This document shows positions 45,569 to 58,809 of a stretch of DNA of 64,000 bases, in pieces. The DNA lies in the NCBI GenBank assembly GCA_964270895.1, contig OZ185442.1, one strand, 5' to 3'. Source of the DNA: Podarcis filfolensis (lineage: Eukaryota). A program made the position numbers and the translations under genes. How positions within the stretch are numbered: position 1 is the stretch's first letter; each line of letters opens with the position of its first letter. The notes under the pieces were generated by a model. It did not search any database, was not told where the DNA came from, and saw only the letters and a list, made by a program, of their open reading frames with translations.

Positions 45569-48500
45569 ATTCACTGTAATTCAAATCAGAATATGACCAG
45601 GTAGTCCAAATATGCTTAAAAGCTACCATGGGGCTTTGTTCAGAAATGAAAAGTTAAGGTAAATGAAAAGGTTTTCGGCATACTTGAGAATCGCGAGGAT
45701 ATTAGTGTATGCAGTGCATTATGTCTGGAAGGGGGCTATTCCAAAGTGTGGGTCGCCACCACAGAAAAGGTCCTCTTGTTGGTTGCTGCCAGACGGACAT
45801 CGACAAGTGGTAGCACAACCAAGATGTCCTCTGAAGGTGATCACAGTGACTGGATGGGTCAGTATGGAAGAAGATGGTCTTTCAGGTGGCCTTCTCCCAA
45901 ACCACTTACAAATTAAGGATAAAACTGTTGAGGTTTGTGAGAAACTGCAGCTTTGAAGTGGACAATTAGTGAGTTGGCAAGAAGCCAAGTGAAGCAAGAG
46001 TACGTGAGAAAGTCTGCTTGGAGATAGGGAAGCCTAGCAACAGGTGGTGATTGGCTAAAAGTTTTCCCTTATAAGCAGCATGACACAGTAGTTTGGTGTT
46101 GGAGTTCAGAGGTGTGAAGAGTTTGAATCACAAGTTATGTTCCTGAGTTGTCATCCTGGACAACACAGACTAAGCAGCTGGTAGCAGAGAGTTTTGGTTG
46201 AGATCCATCAACAAAAACCTCAAACCTGGCAAATTGGCAGCCAGTGGAGGTCCTTCTTCAAAGGTGTTGCACGTTCAGGGCTAGGTGTACCACTCAACAG
46301 CAACCTAGTTGCAGCATTCTGCACTGGCTGCAGCTCCTGGACCAAGAATAATGGTACATTACAGTAACCAATGTGTGAGGTTACCAGTGCATGGGTAACT
46401 GTGGCTAGTCATTCCCTGTCCAGGAATGACTGTAGAGCTAGCCAAATATTCACCTGATAGTCCTAACTAATATCAAAGTAGGTGTTAACGATTAGCCTTT
46501 TTCATTTCCAAAGGAAGGAGAGCAACCCTTCCTTCAAAGGCAAAGGCTGAGTCTCTCCAATTTCCTTGTGTCCAGCTCTGCATTCCTAACCTATTTTTCT
46601 CAACTTGCAATTTCCCCTGCTGCTTTTAACCACACGATAATTGCTCCAGCTGTTTTCTTCTTGTACCCGCATACAGTTACTCCAGCTGTGCTTTTTGCTG
46701 TACTGTAAGCGCTCCAGCTGCTTTTCTGATTAACAAGACTTTCTTCTTATCCTTTGAGTTGAATATGATGTCTAATATAGTGTGCTGTCTATGCTTCTCG
46801 GGGGATCGATACATCTTTGTCTGAGCAGGGTGATACTGAAAATTGTACATGTCTGTTTCAATTATTTGCCTATCCAATTTATCTAATGTGGCTATCTGAG
46901 TCTGCCCAGGACTGCTTTATGAAGCTCTTTCTCTGATATATTGCTTTTGTCCTGGAGTGTTCATTAGAAATTCATGTTTTTGTAGCTTGGTTAAATCTTT
47001 TGCATGTTAAAAACAATCAGATGGAAAAGTAGTTTTGATCTGAAGGTGGGGAGGAGGCTATTAAAACACCCCTGTTTTGTTGATATATATATATATAATT
47101 AGGACAGCTAAAGTGCAGGCAAAGTGATGTACTCTGTTGTCATTTTTTCAGTCTTCAAATTCTGTGATTATGACTCCAGCAACCAAATTAGGCTGGTTGC
47201 TATTTCTCTTACTTCTACACAATTGTGCCTGCACAGAAGACTCTTTGACACATTACAGCAGAATATGCATTTGCATCGTTCTGCCATAAGTTGACCTCAT
47301 CTGTTCTGTAACATTTGAAGGACATTTGCTTGCCTGAATACGTGGCAATCAAGTGCCCAGGAACCTCAGCCACTTGCAGCTCCCAGGGGTGTCCTTACTG
47401 CAGGCGGCTGGACATACAAATGGTTTCAAATGTTTCAAAAGCAGCACCATCTACCCAGAGTATGCCAATATGGTATGAGCTTCTGTAGAAAAACATCAAC
47501 AACTATATCGGATGAACTGGAACAGTGGAGCTGGTGTTTATTGCATATGCAGAAATGTGACCTGCAAAAACATATTGCACTGTGAAGTGCTTCTGTTCAG
47601 GAATTTAGCCAATAAATCATGTCCTTGCCCAGAATATTCCATTCCCCTCTCAGCTTTTCGTCCCAACCGCCAACATTGTTAGCATTCCATGGGCAGTGAG
47701 GAAGCTTAGTCGCTATTGGGCTACCCTAGGGTTTTGTGTTGGAGTTGAATTTTTGCCCCCTTTTTTCCATCTCACAAATAATTTTTGTGTCTCTTCAAAC
47801 ATTGTGGGTTCTCCTAAACACATTGAAACCTCCGTCTTAATTCCAAATTTTGGTCAAAATTCTTCTGGTACCAGCTGTGCTCACTTTTAGATGGAATGAT
47901 AGGTCCAGTGATGGCAATGGTGGTGTCGAGGCTGGTGACACAATCTTCTCTTGTAGATTATACCCTATTGGGAGGGATATGTATTGAAAGAAAATCAGCT
48001 CATTCCTTAGCTTCTAAGGATCAAATTGGGTATTATTTTAAATCCATGGGTGTATTTCACATTTTTAAAAAATTGTCTCTCAACTAAAAAGTCCCAAATG
48101 CTGTAACTTTTCTTCATAGGGGATCCATATAACCCCAATGGGGTGTTGGGGAGTGGAATATGTCAGTTGTGTAGGGCATCCTCCTCCTCTTGGGGGCCAT
48201 GGATGTATTGGCAAAGGAGCACTCCTCCATCAGTAATTGCAAAGCAAAACCAGAGACAAAGAGCAAGCTTTTTTTCCCAGAGAGTCTGTGGGGTGCCTGA
48301 AACGAGTGCCCCTTTCCTTCTGGGTAAGGCTCCTCTGAGCTTCCTTCCCTGTAAGATTGACCCTTTCATCATCAAACTGGCTGCCAGCTGCAGGAAACTT
48401 TGTAAAAATTTGTGTGTGTGCCAGCAGGGCAGCTCAAAAGCTTGAGCTGCTCTCAGGCCAACCCCTTTCTGAGTTATTCGCTTCCTACAGAGATCAATGA

Positions 48501-49928
48501 TACGGATAAAAAAAGAGGCAGCGCTGCTGTCATTTGAGCCCTCAAAGGTTGTTCCAAAACATTAAATAATGGAAGCATTTCCCATTAGGAGATGGAACGG
48601 TTCATTAGCAGGCAGACCTCTGCTGCCCAGACCGATCCTCCCAAGCAGATGGGAGCTTTCCAGGGGCGAGTGGCTCTTCTTCAATTGAATTTACCATTCT
48701 GACACTGCAGACGGTCCCAGCCTACATCCCTCTGCAGGCCCTGTGTCTTTCTTAGTGTTTACAGCTGGAAGGTGGTGGGTTGGGGGGGGAGTTTTCAAGG
48801 CACCTTTAAGGAAGACAACAGAGATCTGTAGGCAGTGGTGAGAGGTGGAATTGCTTTTTGTTGGTATTCTGTGACTGGGGTGGAGGAAGGGTGTGTGTGG
48901 TAGGGGCGGCCAGCCCCAGGTGTCACCACTGAAGGGGGTGACAAAGTGCCAGGTGGCACACACCACAGGGCTTGCAGCATGCCCAAGCCATGCGTCTCTC
49001 CTGGGAGTGATGCAGTGGCTTGGGCACCCACAGACTCCGTGCTGCCCCAAATGGTCCGCCCGCCGCCTCCCCCTCAGCTGTAGGGCAGAGGCCCTGCGGA
49101 GGCCCCGTGGAGTGTCCTGTCCCATCTCGCCCTGATGTTGCTGGTGTGATTAGTATAAATCACATGAGATGTCTGAGAAGAGTGTGGGAACGGAAGACCA
49201 TCTTATCTCTTCCGCCTGAGCATGTTATTGTAACTGTACTTTCACTTTTGCAGTATGCAACAGTTGTTGTTCTGCCAGAGCTTGAAGAACACAGATGTGA
49301 TTATGGATTGTCTGTATAGAATCTAAATAAAATGCAGTTTAGATCTACGGATGCTAGAAGACTTGTGTGCAGTTTTCAGATGAAAAGTGTCACAGAAAGG
49401 CACTCTGAAGATGAAGGGACACGTCATTCCAGAGATGTGCCTACCGGGAGACGCTCAGAGGTCTGGGGGGGGGGGGGGGTCAGGTCTCCATTTTCCCCAG
49501 AGCATTTTTTCAACAGCCCCACCCCCGCAGGCGGCTGGCCCTGCCCCTAGCGCCCGATCAGCTTACTCTGCCATTGTCTGCGATGTCTGAGCAACTCAGC
49601 TGATTAGAGACTTCACTGCTGCAAGCAGAGTACAATGTAAATTACTCATTTAGTCCAAACTCATCACCTTCTAGAGCTATTTTCTCCTCCCTCCCTTGCA
49701 CCTTCCAGGTCCTAAGTACAGGGGTCAAGTACAGAAGCCAATGAAGAAAGGCAATGGTATCTTATTTCAATCTTGGGAAAGTGACTTGCATTGCTCCTGA
49801 GGGCAGCAGGCTAGTTAGGGGTGTGGGCGGAAATCTGTCCTCCAGCTGAAGGATACAACCAGGGGCGATGCTGCTATGACACTGCTGCCCAGTATCTGCT
49901 GCATGAGTTAAGGCCAGCTCTGATTACA

Positions 49929-50123
49929 GGTCACACCTACAGCATACATTCAAAGCACATTGCATCCCTCAAAGAATCCTGGGTAATGTAGTTTATCCCT
50001 CACAGAGTGACAACCCCCAACATTTTAACAAACTACAGTTCCCAGGATTCTTGGGGACGGCGACTGATCACGTCGCTTTGAATTAGTTTCAATGTGCTTA
50101 AAATGTATGGCGTAGGTGTGAAC
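49929..50123. mobile_element. Shorter related palindromic MITE
   Basis: ~34-bp TIRs ggtcacacctacagcatacattcaaagcacattg / caatgtgcttaaaatgtatggcgtaggtgtgaac. Confidence 0.75.
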
Positions 50124-51338
50124 ATAATCTTATGTCTGTGTAATTGGAAGCAACTTTCAGTTATATTTGCAATTTTTGAAAGTCTCATTGATGCCAAAAT
50201 AAGCACCGATGAATCAGCAAACTGAATTAGTGAAATAAAGTCTTGGTTTTTTTGTTTTGGTGGGGTGAGGATTTCATGAAAGTGTTTATCTGGGTCAATT
50301 GCATGGATTTTTGGTTGAATCACTGTTTTGCACAAGCTCTAGAATCCAGACATAGTTGCCAAGTATTATTTTTATTAACATTTCTCAGATGCCTTTTACA
50401 AGCCAGTCTCAGGGTGACCTACAAACAATACTAATGATACAAAAGGCTTTAAGCATTAGAGCAGCAAACAATGGTTTATCTGTACAATACTAAAACCACC
50501 CCAGTGAAGTGCCTAAATCATCAACCACACAGTAGCAGATGCCACTCAACAATTAGCGAGCATCCTATCACATACCATGGCATTGCTTTCCTAGAATGCA
50601 AGGTGATTAGGAACTCTTTTTTTAAAAAAGGGGGGAAGTCTTCTATTTCTACTTAAAAGATGCCAAAGCGCAGCAGTATTTGTAGTGCATCGTGCCAACC
50701 TCTACAGGTAATGCAAACAAGGTGGAATATCCTGAAAATTGGTTCCTTTGTGCCTTCTCGGATTTGATTCCTCAGGTGCATCCCAGACACTTGTAATAAA
50801 ATGGAGCATTTGCATAGTGCTGAGCACAGATGAAGACTGCACATCTGTTTACATGCGCAAATACATATATCTGCCCCAAAGGTTTCCATAATTTAATAAG
50901 TGCTTTGTGTAGGGCACCTCACCTCGGATTAAATTAGCTTGTAAATCAGGTGGAAATGCTTTATTTGCATGGTGGGCTTTTGCTTTTTATTCCCCCCTAC
51001 TTGTTTTGCAGTGAATTAGCTTGTCCTCCTTACCTCGCCAAATAATACAATCTACAAGAGCACTGCAGAAATTAGCAACTGATATTTAGAGTGTCGTTAT
51101 CAAGTGGAAAGTAGGCGATGCCTATCTGTAGTACCTAAGGCAGGGCAAAGGTCCCTATGGTCACAGCACTAATGAAGATTTGGGAACTGGGTTGTTGCTG
51201 TTGTTTGTTCAGAAGACAAAGACAGATTAAAGAAACATAGCTAAAGAACATATAAAAGGTTATAGTTAAAAATCCATTAAACTTTCTATAGAATTAAAAC
51301 GTATCAATTAGAATTCAGATAGTAAACACCAACAACAC

Positions 51339-51383
51339 ACTCTCTCTCTCTCTCTCTCTCACTCACTCACACACACACACACA
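51339..51383. repeat. (CT)n-(CA)n microsatellite
   Basis: Seen directly. Confidence 0.95.
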
Positions 51384-52011
51384 CTTAAGAGCCCTTTCCT
51401 TAAAAGCAGTCAATTCGCGAAAACCTGCCAGTGGAAGAACAAGAAGGAGGGAGCCGGTCTAGCCTCTCTAGGAAGGGAGCAACAAAGCCTGGGAGCAGCC
51501 AACGAGAAGGTCCAATCCTGCACCCCAACATATGTGCTTGTAAGAGTGGCAGGACTGAGAGAAGAGACTCCCCAAAAGATCTCAGAGCCCAGGAAGTCCA
51601 TGCGAGAGAATACAGTCCTTCCGAATGCCTGGGTTCTACACAGAGTTCTTCCTCCCAGCTTGCTACTGTCTCAACAGTTTCAATGAACTGTTCCAAACCA
51701 TTGGATTGTTTCTGACTTTTTTTTTTTAATGTAGGGAAACATTTACAACACCCCAATTCTCACATCAAATATCACTTTCAGATATTTCAAATATCACTTT
51801 CAAAAACCACCCTGTGTTTATGCCTTGTTAAAGGTGTGATTCTACCTTCTCCATATTTGCATTCATTAATTTTGCAACCAGCTGACATCCATTGATGAAA
51901 AACCAATTTAATTAGAGATAGCCTAGGAAAGTGTCATTGCACTGTAGGTATCAACAGTTCAAAATGCACCTCAGCAGGTGCATTGTGTGCTGCTGCACTG
52001 CATGATGCTTT

Positions 52012-52200
52012 AGGGAAAGGCTCATTGGTGGAGCATCATCCCAGGTTCCATCCCTGGCATCTCTAGGTAGGACTAAGACAGACCTCTACTTTGACACCTA
52101 GGAGAACTGCCAGTCAGTTTAGGCAATACAGAGCTACTGTATATAGTCCAATGGCCTATATATTTCCCACTTGGTAGAAAGCAACTTCCTAATGTTTCTA
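52012..52200 (+). mobile_element. tRNA-derived SINE (Squam2-like), degraded
   Basis: cccaggttccatccctggcatctctaggtagg...ctgccagtcagtttaggcaatac. Confidence 0.65.
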
Positions 52201-52716
52201 TATTTAGGAATATTCTATATTTAATATTCAGGCACATGCATTTAGGTGCTTCAGTGATCCATTGTGTTCAGATGCGTGCACCCTAGAGGCAAAATGAATT
52301 ACTCACTCATTTGAGACATTCAAGTTCTGGGGATCCTACTACAAGCAGGGACCTTGTATAGTGATGTGGAATGGCAGGCTGTGAACCGTGTTAGATGTTT
52401 GCACATTGCAGACAAGATCCATCCACTCCCTGTTCACAAGATTTCAGATCCCGGGGAGATAGCAGGACCTGCTATCCCATTGATCACCAGGTTTGATTCA
52501 GATGATCTGATTAGCTCCCTCACTGCTCCATGTGAGTCCCTCCCAAAGTTGTGTGCTTGGTGGAAGAGAATGACCATCTCAGATAGAAGGAATGTACTGT
52601 TCTTTGGGCTAGAAATGTAACAATGAATTCAAAATATCAAATAAATAAATGGGGATGGCTGGCCAGCCTCTTTCACTAGCCTGTCTGTGCAAATCCTATT
52701 CCTTTGACTTGTTCTT

Positions 52717-52991
52717 ATGCATGGCTTTCAAAGTGGATTATACAAATTTGTGGAGGACATTGCTCTTAACAGCTGCTAGCCACAATGGCTATGTTTTACC
52801 TCCAATGTCAGAGGCATTATGCCTCCGAATACCTATTGCTGGGAATCCATCTCAGCAGGGCAGAGACCTGTTGACACTCATGCCCAGCTTGCATTCCTCT
52901 GCTGGGCATCTGGTTGGCTACTGGGAGAACAGGGTGTTGGACTAGACAGGCAATTGAACCGATCCAGCAGGGCTCTTGTTATGCTCTTATG
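52717..52991 (+). mobile_element. CR1-clade LINE 3' fragment (second family)
   Basis: tggctttcaaagtggattatacaaattt...gcatctggttggc...gatccagcagggctcttgttatgctctta. Confidence 0.75.
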
Positions 52992-54047
52992 TTTTAAACT
53001 GGAGTATTTAAGACTGGACCAAAGAACACACAACCCTAACTTTTTTTTTAAAAAAAGATAATATTAAGAATAATATTTCATTTCCAGGGACTGTTCAGCT
53101 TGGCTCCGGCAGACAGATTACAGACCTCCAGCCTTTGCAATCCAACCGCAGAGTCTGACAAAGCCCCCATGATCACAATAAAGTGAATTATAGCTTTAAT
53201 GCAAGCAGTATTATTCACATAACCCCTAAAGCCTGTTTCTGCCGAGGTGGTTTTGAATAATGCTTTTGGACTTCCCCATCCTGCTGTTTGTACCTTGCCC
53301 CTGCCCCTGTCTGTGGAGTCGAAGGGCTTTGCTTCTTTCTCTCCCCCTTCTGCTTTTCCTTCTCCTAAAGAGAATATAATCACTCGATTCTGCCTAAAAT
53401 TAGAGGCTGCTGTAAAGCTTGTGTGGCAGATGATACTGTTTGTGAATAGTGATCTTTGCAAAGCAATTGCCTGGTCTGTTCCTCCTTAATGACATCCTTG
53501 AGAAAGGGGAATGAAAGGCGGGCTGGGGGAATCTGTGCTAAATCAGTGAATATTGATCCTAGTTATGGCTCTTTTGCTTGTTGTTTGTCATTGTTATTAT
53601 TGTGGGTTGTTGATAATTAGAGGGAATGACAGGGCTCCACTAATCCAGCCAAATTGCCTGGAGATTAGAGATTTACGCAAGGCCCCCGTCAGTGGGTGTT
53701 GGAGCAGCTGGTTACGAAAGCTCCAGGCCTGAGTAAATGGCAGACACTCCATCCTTCCTGGCAGAATATGGTGTGTTTGCAGAAGCCTAATGCCAGGTGC
53801 TAGTGTGAACCATCAGGACTGGGTTCACAAGGGAGGGGGGATAACAAATTGATTAATATGGATTGAGGCCCATGTCAAAAATATCTGAGAGATGGTCCAG
53901 TGAGGGCTAGCTCCATGTGAAGCCCCCTTCCCAACATCCTTCACCATCACCGACCCCTGAAGGATTGCCAGCTGCAGAGAGAAACACTACAAACTACAGA
54001 GGGCGATAGCAATCTGCCTGCCATTTTACATTTCCCACAATGCATTT

Positions 54048-54232
54048 GGGAGGAAAGGCCATAGCTCAGTGCTAGAACACCCATCTTGCATGTAGAAGGT
54101 CCCAGGTTCAATTCCTGGCATCTCCAGGTAGCACTGGGATCATCTCCCTGCCTGAAAACCTGGAGAGCCATGTTGGTCAGTGTAGACAATACTGAACTTG
54201 ATGAGCTCAGTGTAAGACAGCTTCCTCTCTGT
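54048..54232 (+). mobile_element. tRNA-derived SINE (Squam2-like), best-preserved copy
   Basis: A box tagctcagtgctag and B box ggttcaattcc, followed by a non-tRNA body and a cagcttcct tail. Confidence 0.85.
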
Positions 54233-54691
54233 TTGCATGTTGGTGTTGTGTCCCTCCAGACCACTGTCAGAAATTCACAGTGGCAGCTTGTCTTCTGAGG
54301 CTCAGTCTCCACTGTCAGTTGGCTCTGCCAGGGCCAGAGAAATGGGTGAGGGACAATATCCATGTAATTGGCCTTGCCCAGGGCACATGGACTTACAAAG
54401 CTGTCCAAGAGTGCTGAGTTTGGGTGGTGGCCCTGGCTACAGGTTCTGGGGGCCCTTGGGCAAGAAACACACTGCAGGAACCCTTCTAGAGCCCACCCAG
54501 CTTTTCCTTGTTGCTGGCACTGCTTCCTGTTCCATTGCCTTCTTCCTTTAGGTTGTGGAGACTTTTTCAGCCGGAGAGCTGCATTCTCTCTTAGACATCC
54601 TTCCGTGGGGTGTGCCAGGGACTGAAGGAAACTGGAGTCCTGAAACATCTGGATGGCAGTCCAGGTCCCTTATTCCCAGTCTAGATCACAC

Positions 54692-54840
54692 TAGGAAGCT
54701 TCCTCCTGCCAAATCAGAAAATGGGTCCATCTAGCTCAGGATTGTCTACATTGACTGGCAGGGGACACTCCCAGCCTTATCCAGAGATGCCAGGAATTGA
54801 ACATTCAAGGTAGATGCTCTTTCACAGAGCTGTGCAGCTC
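54692..54840 (-). mobile_element. tRNA-derived SINE (Squam2-like), internally deleted
   Basis: ggtccatctagctcaggattgtctacattgactggcag...agatgccaggaattgaac. Confidence 0.7.
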
Positions 54841-55279
54841 ACTGTCTGACCTAATTGGTGTAGCAGGACAAAACTGAGTGCTGGGATCCAACTGGGGGTT
54901 GCATGCACCAGACCCTTCCTGACACTGCTCAGATATGCAGCCTCCTCCTTCTCATCTCTCCTCATCCTCTCCTGTCTTGCCTTTAGTTAGCGGGTTGACT
55001 GCCTTGGCTCAGCAAAAGGCAATTAAGCCATCCCCATAAAATAAACATGAGCGAGAGTCGCCTGCCGATTCACCAGGCATGTATTTGCCTGAGTGCTAAT
55101 TTGTGGAGGATTGAGGGCTCAGTCTGCAGTGATCAACCCAGAGTGCTCTGGATTATGCAAACGCAGTCCGGTAATGGTGTGATTTCTCCCTCCTCTGGCT
55201 GCTGCAATTTATGTTCGCAACCTGTTCTTTCTAAGTTGACAGGGAAGTTTCATTCCTTGGATCAAGATGACTTTCCCAC

Positions 55280-55550
55280 AGCCTGTGTGATTTAATGGGT
55301 AGAGCAGTGCTAGACAATGTTGGACTACAACTCCAATCATCCCTGGCCACTGGGTGTAATAGCTGGGGTTGATGGGGCTTGTAGTCCTACAATGTATGGA
55401 GGACACTGTGTTGGCTATCCTGGGTTAGTGTCTGACTAGGAGTGGTGGGACTTGGGTTCAAATGCCTGCTCAACTCCACAGCTCACTGGGTGACGTTGTG
55501 GTGACCATCTCTCAGCCTAACCTACTTGGCAAGGTTATTGAGTCAATAAA
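55280..55550 (+). mobile_element. MIR/Ther1-like (Squam3-like) SINE interrupted by a hAT MITE
   Basis: Head gg.tagag...tctgactagg, B-box-like ggttcaaatgcc, core-like ctcactgggtgac...ctctcagcctaacctac. Confidence 0.55.
55305..55422. mobile_element. hAT palindromic MITE
   Basis: ggactacaactcc / ggggcttgtagtcc arms; candidate TSD gggtagag / ggttagtg (6/8). Confidence 0.65.
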
Positions 55551-55629
55551 TTCCAGGGGCAAAGGGAGATCCTGTCTGTTGTACTTGGAAGATGGTGTGT
55601 GTGTGTGTGTGGAAACATGGGTCCTATCT

Positions 55630-56380
55630 TTGCCACAGGATGTTGCAATAACAACAACAACAACAATTTTTTTATACCCTGCCCACTCTGGGCGGCTTCC
55701 AATGGAATATTAAAATACAATAACCTATTAAACATTAAAAGCTTCCCTAAACAGGGCTGCCTTCAGATGTCTTCTAAAAATCTGGTAGTTGTTTTTATCT
55801 TTGACATCTGGTGGGAGGGTGTTCCACAGGGCAGGTGCGACCACCAAGAAGGCCCTCTGCCTGGTTCCCTGTAACTTGGCTTCTCACAGTGAGGGAACCA
55901 CCAGAAGGCCCTCGGCGCTGGACCTCAGTGTCCGGGCAGAACGATGGGGGTGGAGATGCTCCTTCAGGTATACTGGACCAAGGCCGTTTAGTGCTTTAAA
56001 TGTCAGCACCAATACTTTGAATTGTGCTCGGAAACGTACTGAGAGCCAGTGTAGGTCTTTCAAGACTGGTGTTATATGGTCTCAGCGGCCGCTCCCAGTT
56101 ATCAGTCTAGCTGCCGCATTCTGGATTGGTTGTAGTTTCCGGGTCACCTTCAAAGGTAGCCCCACATAGAGCACTTTGCAGTAGTCCAAGCGAGAGATAA
56201 CTAGAGCATGCGCCACTCTGGCAAGACAGTCTGCTGGCAGGTAGGGTCTCAGCCTGCATACCAGATGGAGCAGATAAACAGCTGCCCTGGACACAGAATT
56301 GACCTGCACCTCCATGGACAGCTGCGAGTCCAAAATGACTCCCATTTCAAAGAATGTCAGACTCTGCATGCAAGACAAGT
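55630..56380 (-). mobile_element. L2-clade LINE 3' fragment
   Basis: Minus-strand GVILDSQLSMEVQV...HALVISRLDYCKVLYVGLPLKVTRKLQPIQNAAARLITG, the L2 ORF2 C-terminus. Confidence 0.9.
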
Positions 56381-56399
56381 TGTTGGAGGATACGCCTGG

Positions 56400-56545
56400 C
56401 ATTTCTCAGTAGCCACAATGATTATGTTCTACCTTCACTGTCAAAGGCAGTATGCCCTTGAATACTAGTTGACCACTGTGAGAACAGGATGTTGGACTAG
56501 ATGAGCCTTTGACCTGTTCCAGCAGGGCTCTTCGTATATCCTTAA
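56400..56545 (+). mobile_element. CR1-clade LINE 3' end (second family)
   Basis: gaccactgtgagaacaggatgttggactagatg...tccagcagggctctt. Confidence 0.7.
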
Positions 56546-57028
56546 GCACACTTTGTGCATGTGGAATCTTGCCATCATTCCATGGCTCCCTTCGGTGTTC
56601 TGACTGCTGGATTCCAATGCTGGGGAAGATCCATGGTATATTCCTCCCAGGAACATACAGTCTCAGCAAACAGATGGTGTGTGTGTATGCTTGGGTGGAC
56701 TGGGGGCTGTGTATTTAAATACTGCCTCATTAATATATAATGACCAACATATGGAAAGCTTAACAGAGCGCTGGGATGGAACTCGGAATGGAACATTGCC
56801 CATTTGGGGGTGCAGTTGTGCCCCATGATATTTCTTGATGTAGTTGTTAGGCTGTGAAAACAGTACATCTGTGGGGAGCAACTTTAAACATTGCCAGTTT
56901 GGGGAAATGTTTGTGTTCATGATATTCCCTTGTTGTAGTTAAGGAGCTGTAAGGAAAGCTGTCTTAACAAGACTGTATTTTGACACCCACCCAACCACTT
57001 TTCTTCCCGAAACCCTTCCTTGTTTCAG

Positions 57029-57138
57029 TCCCCGGAGGCATTGCTTCGGAGTCCCTCACATTCACCCCCTTGGAGGACATGATTTTTCTGAAATGGGAGG
57101 AGCCAGTGGAGCCCAATGGCCTTATCACGCAGTACGAG
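57029..57138 (+). CDS. PTPRU: PTPRU exon 9 (FN3 repeat 3, first part), 110 bp, phase 1 to 0
   Basis: tgtttcag acceptor and GAG|gtatgt donor. Encodes [37 protein letters not shown]. Confidence 0.96.
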
Positions 57139-57963
57139 GTATGTTGTAAAGCCCTTTTGGGGATTCCTTGTCTTTTTACCTGCATTAAAGAGGTCTTATT
57201 TATTTTATGTATTTGCTATTACATTCTGCTTTATCTTTCTGAATAAACACAAAAGTGGCTGCTATACAAAGCACAGAAACAGGAACACGTCAAATGCAAG
57301 AAACAGTACAGTTAAAAAACCGGGAAAAAAACCCAAGGCTGAGCTGGCAACAGATCCACCGAATCCACAGCAGCTGGAGATAAGCACCAGCTAAAAAAAA
57401 TCAAATGGAAACAGATATGCTTGCTGAAGCAAAATTCAACAGCAAAAAAGAATTTCAGTAGAATCTGAATGCTCATTGCAGAGTCAACTCTTTATTTGGT
57501 GTCTGAAGGTGCACAGCATCATGGATAGGTGGTCCCTCTGGGGGGGGGGGCTAGTCTGTGCACTGAGAAGTTCCTCCACCTGATAGATATCCTCCAATCT
57601 TCAGCCAGAGTGAGCTCCCAAACAGGACCTCAGCTGTCAATCAGAATGCAAGAAGTTCGATCCATGGTGGAGTGTGATCTTTCATATATCTCATGGCCTT
57701 TGGGTATCTAGTTCCCCAAGCATTTATGGCTTTATGGGTAGGAAGCAGCACTTTGATTTGAGCATAGAAACAATATGCAGCCTGTGGACATCAGACAACA
57801 CTGGAGTAATATGATCAGTTGGCCATATTACTGGCGGCAACATTTTGCATCATTTTACAGTTCCAGGCAGTTTTCCAGGGCAGCCCCAAGTGCTCATGTT
57901 CCAGTAGTCAAGCCAAGTGTATTAACTACATGATATTTATGATCGGGGCACCACTGAGCCTCT

Positions 57964-58230
57964 TGGGCTTGCTGATCAGAAGGTCTGTGGTTTGAATCCG
58001 TGTGACGGGGTGAGCTCCCGTTGCTCTGTCCCAGCTTCTGCTAACCTAGCAGTTCGAAAGCATACCAGTGCAAGGCATCCCATTGCGCCAGAAGTCACAT
58101 GACCCAGAAAGCTGTCTGTGGACAAACATCGGCTCCCTGGGCCTGAAAAGCAGAGATGTGGGCCACATCCCATAGTCAAATTCAACTGGACTTAACTGTC
58201 CAGGGGTCTTTTACCTTTACCTTTTACCTA
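57964..58230 (+). mobile_element. Sauria SINE, older, internally deleted copy
   Basis: Clear similarity to 8717-9060 (gatcagaaggtc...gtgagctcccgttgctc...agttcgaaagca); (CCTTTA)n-like tail. Confidence 0.85.
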
Positions 58231-58809
58231 TTACCTATTAACTGCATGATATTTACTCCATTAACTTATCAATGAAACGTCCATATGAAGAAAAACAATA
58301 TTTTTTGAAGCAATAGGCAAACTTTAGATTATGCACTCGTGTGTTGCAGCAGGCATCATCTTGTGGAAGAAGGATTCTCTCCTGTCTGAGACAGCAGGGA
58401 GGCTGCCTCTTTTAAGATGGTGCTTTTCTGCAGGTTTTTAAAGAAGTGCCTGTTTGTTTGTTTGTTTCATTTCCACAGCACCCCAAAACCAACATTCTCA
58501 GGGTGTTTTGCAATTAAGCTTAAAATACATAAAATAGAACGAGACCTTAAATCTAGGGCAGAAGAAAACCAGAACAATCCAAAACCAAGATAAAACCAGA
58601 AAGATGGGGATCACAGCAGCTTAAGAGATCTTTGGAACTCTAAAACACTTCCTGAAAAACCAGGGAAAGGAGACGGGTGGGATTAGTAACCAATGTTAGT
58701 CCTACTCAGAGTAGACCCCTTGAAATTCATGGGCATTGCTAACATGGATGACTTAATTTTAATGGCTCTACTCTGCACAGAACTTAGTTGGAAACAATTC
58801 AGTGTTTTT

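Noticed and set aside
51765-51803. tcaaatatcacttt direct repeat with a small central palindrome
   Set aside because: Consistent with a local replication slippage duplication; no other support for function.
54048-54125. tRNA-like sequences with A and B boxes
   Set aside because: Heads of multi-copy SINEs followed by non-tRNA bodies; no intact cloverleaf, so no tRNA gene called.
53947-54648. 233-aa minus-strand ORF
   Set aside because: Crosses a SINE, has no domain features and needs a non-ATG start.
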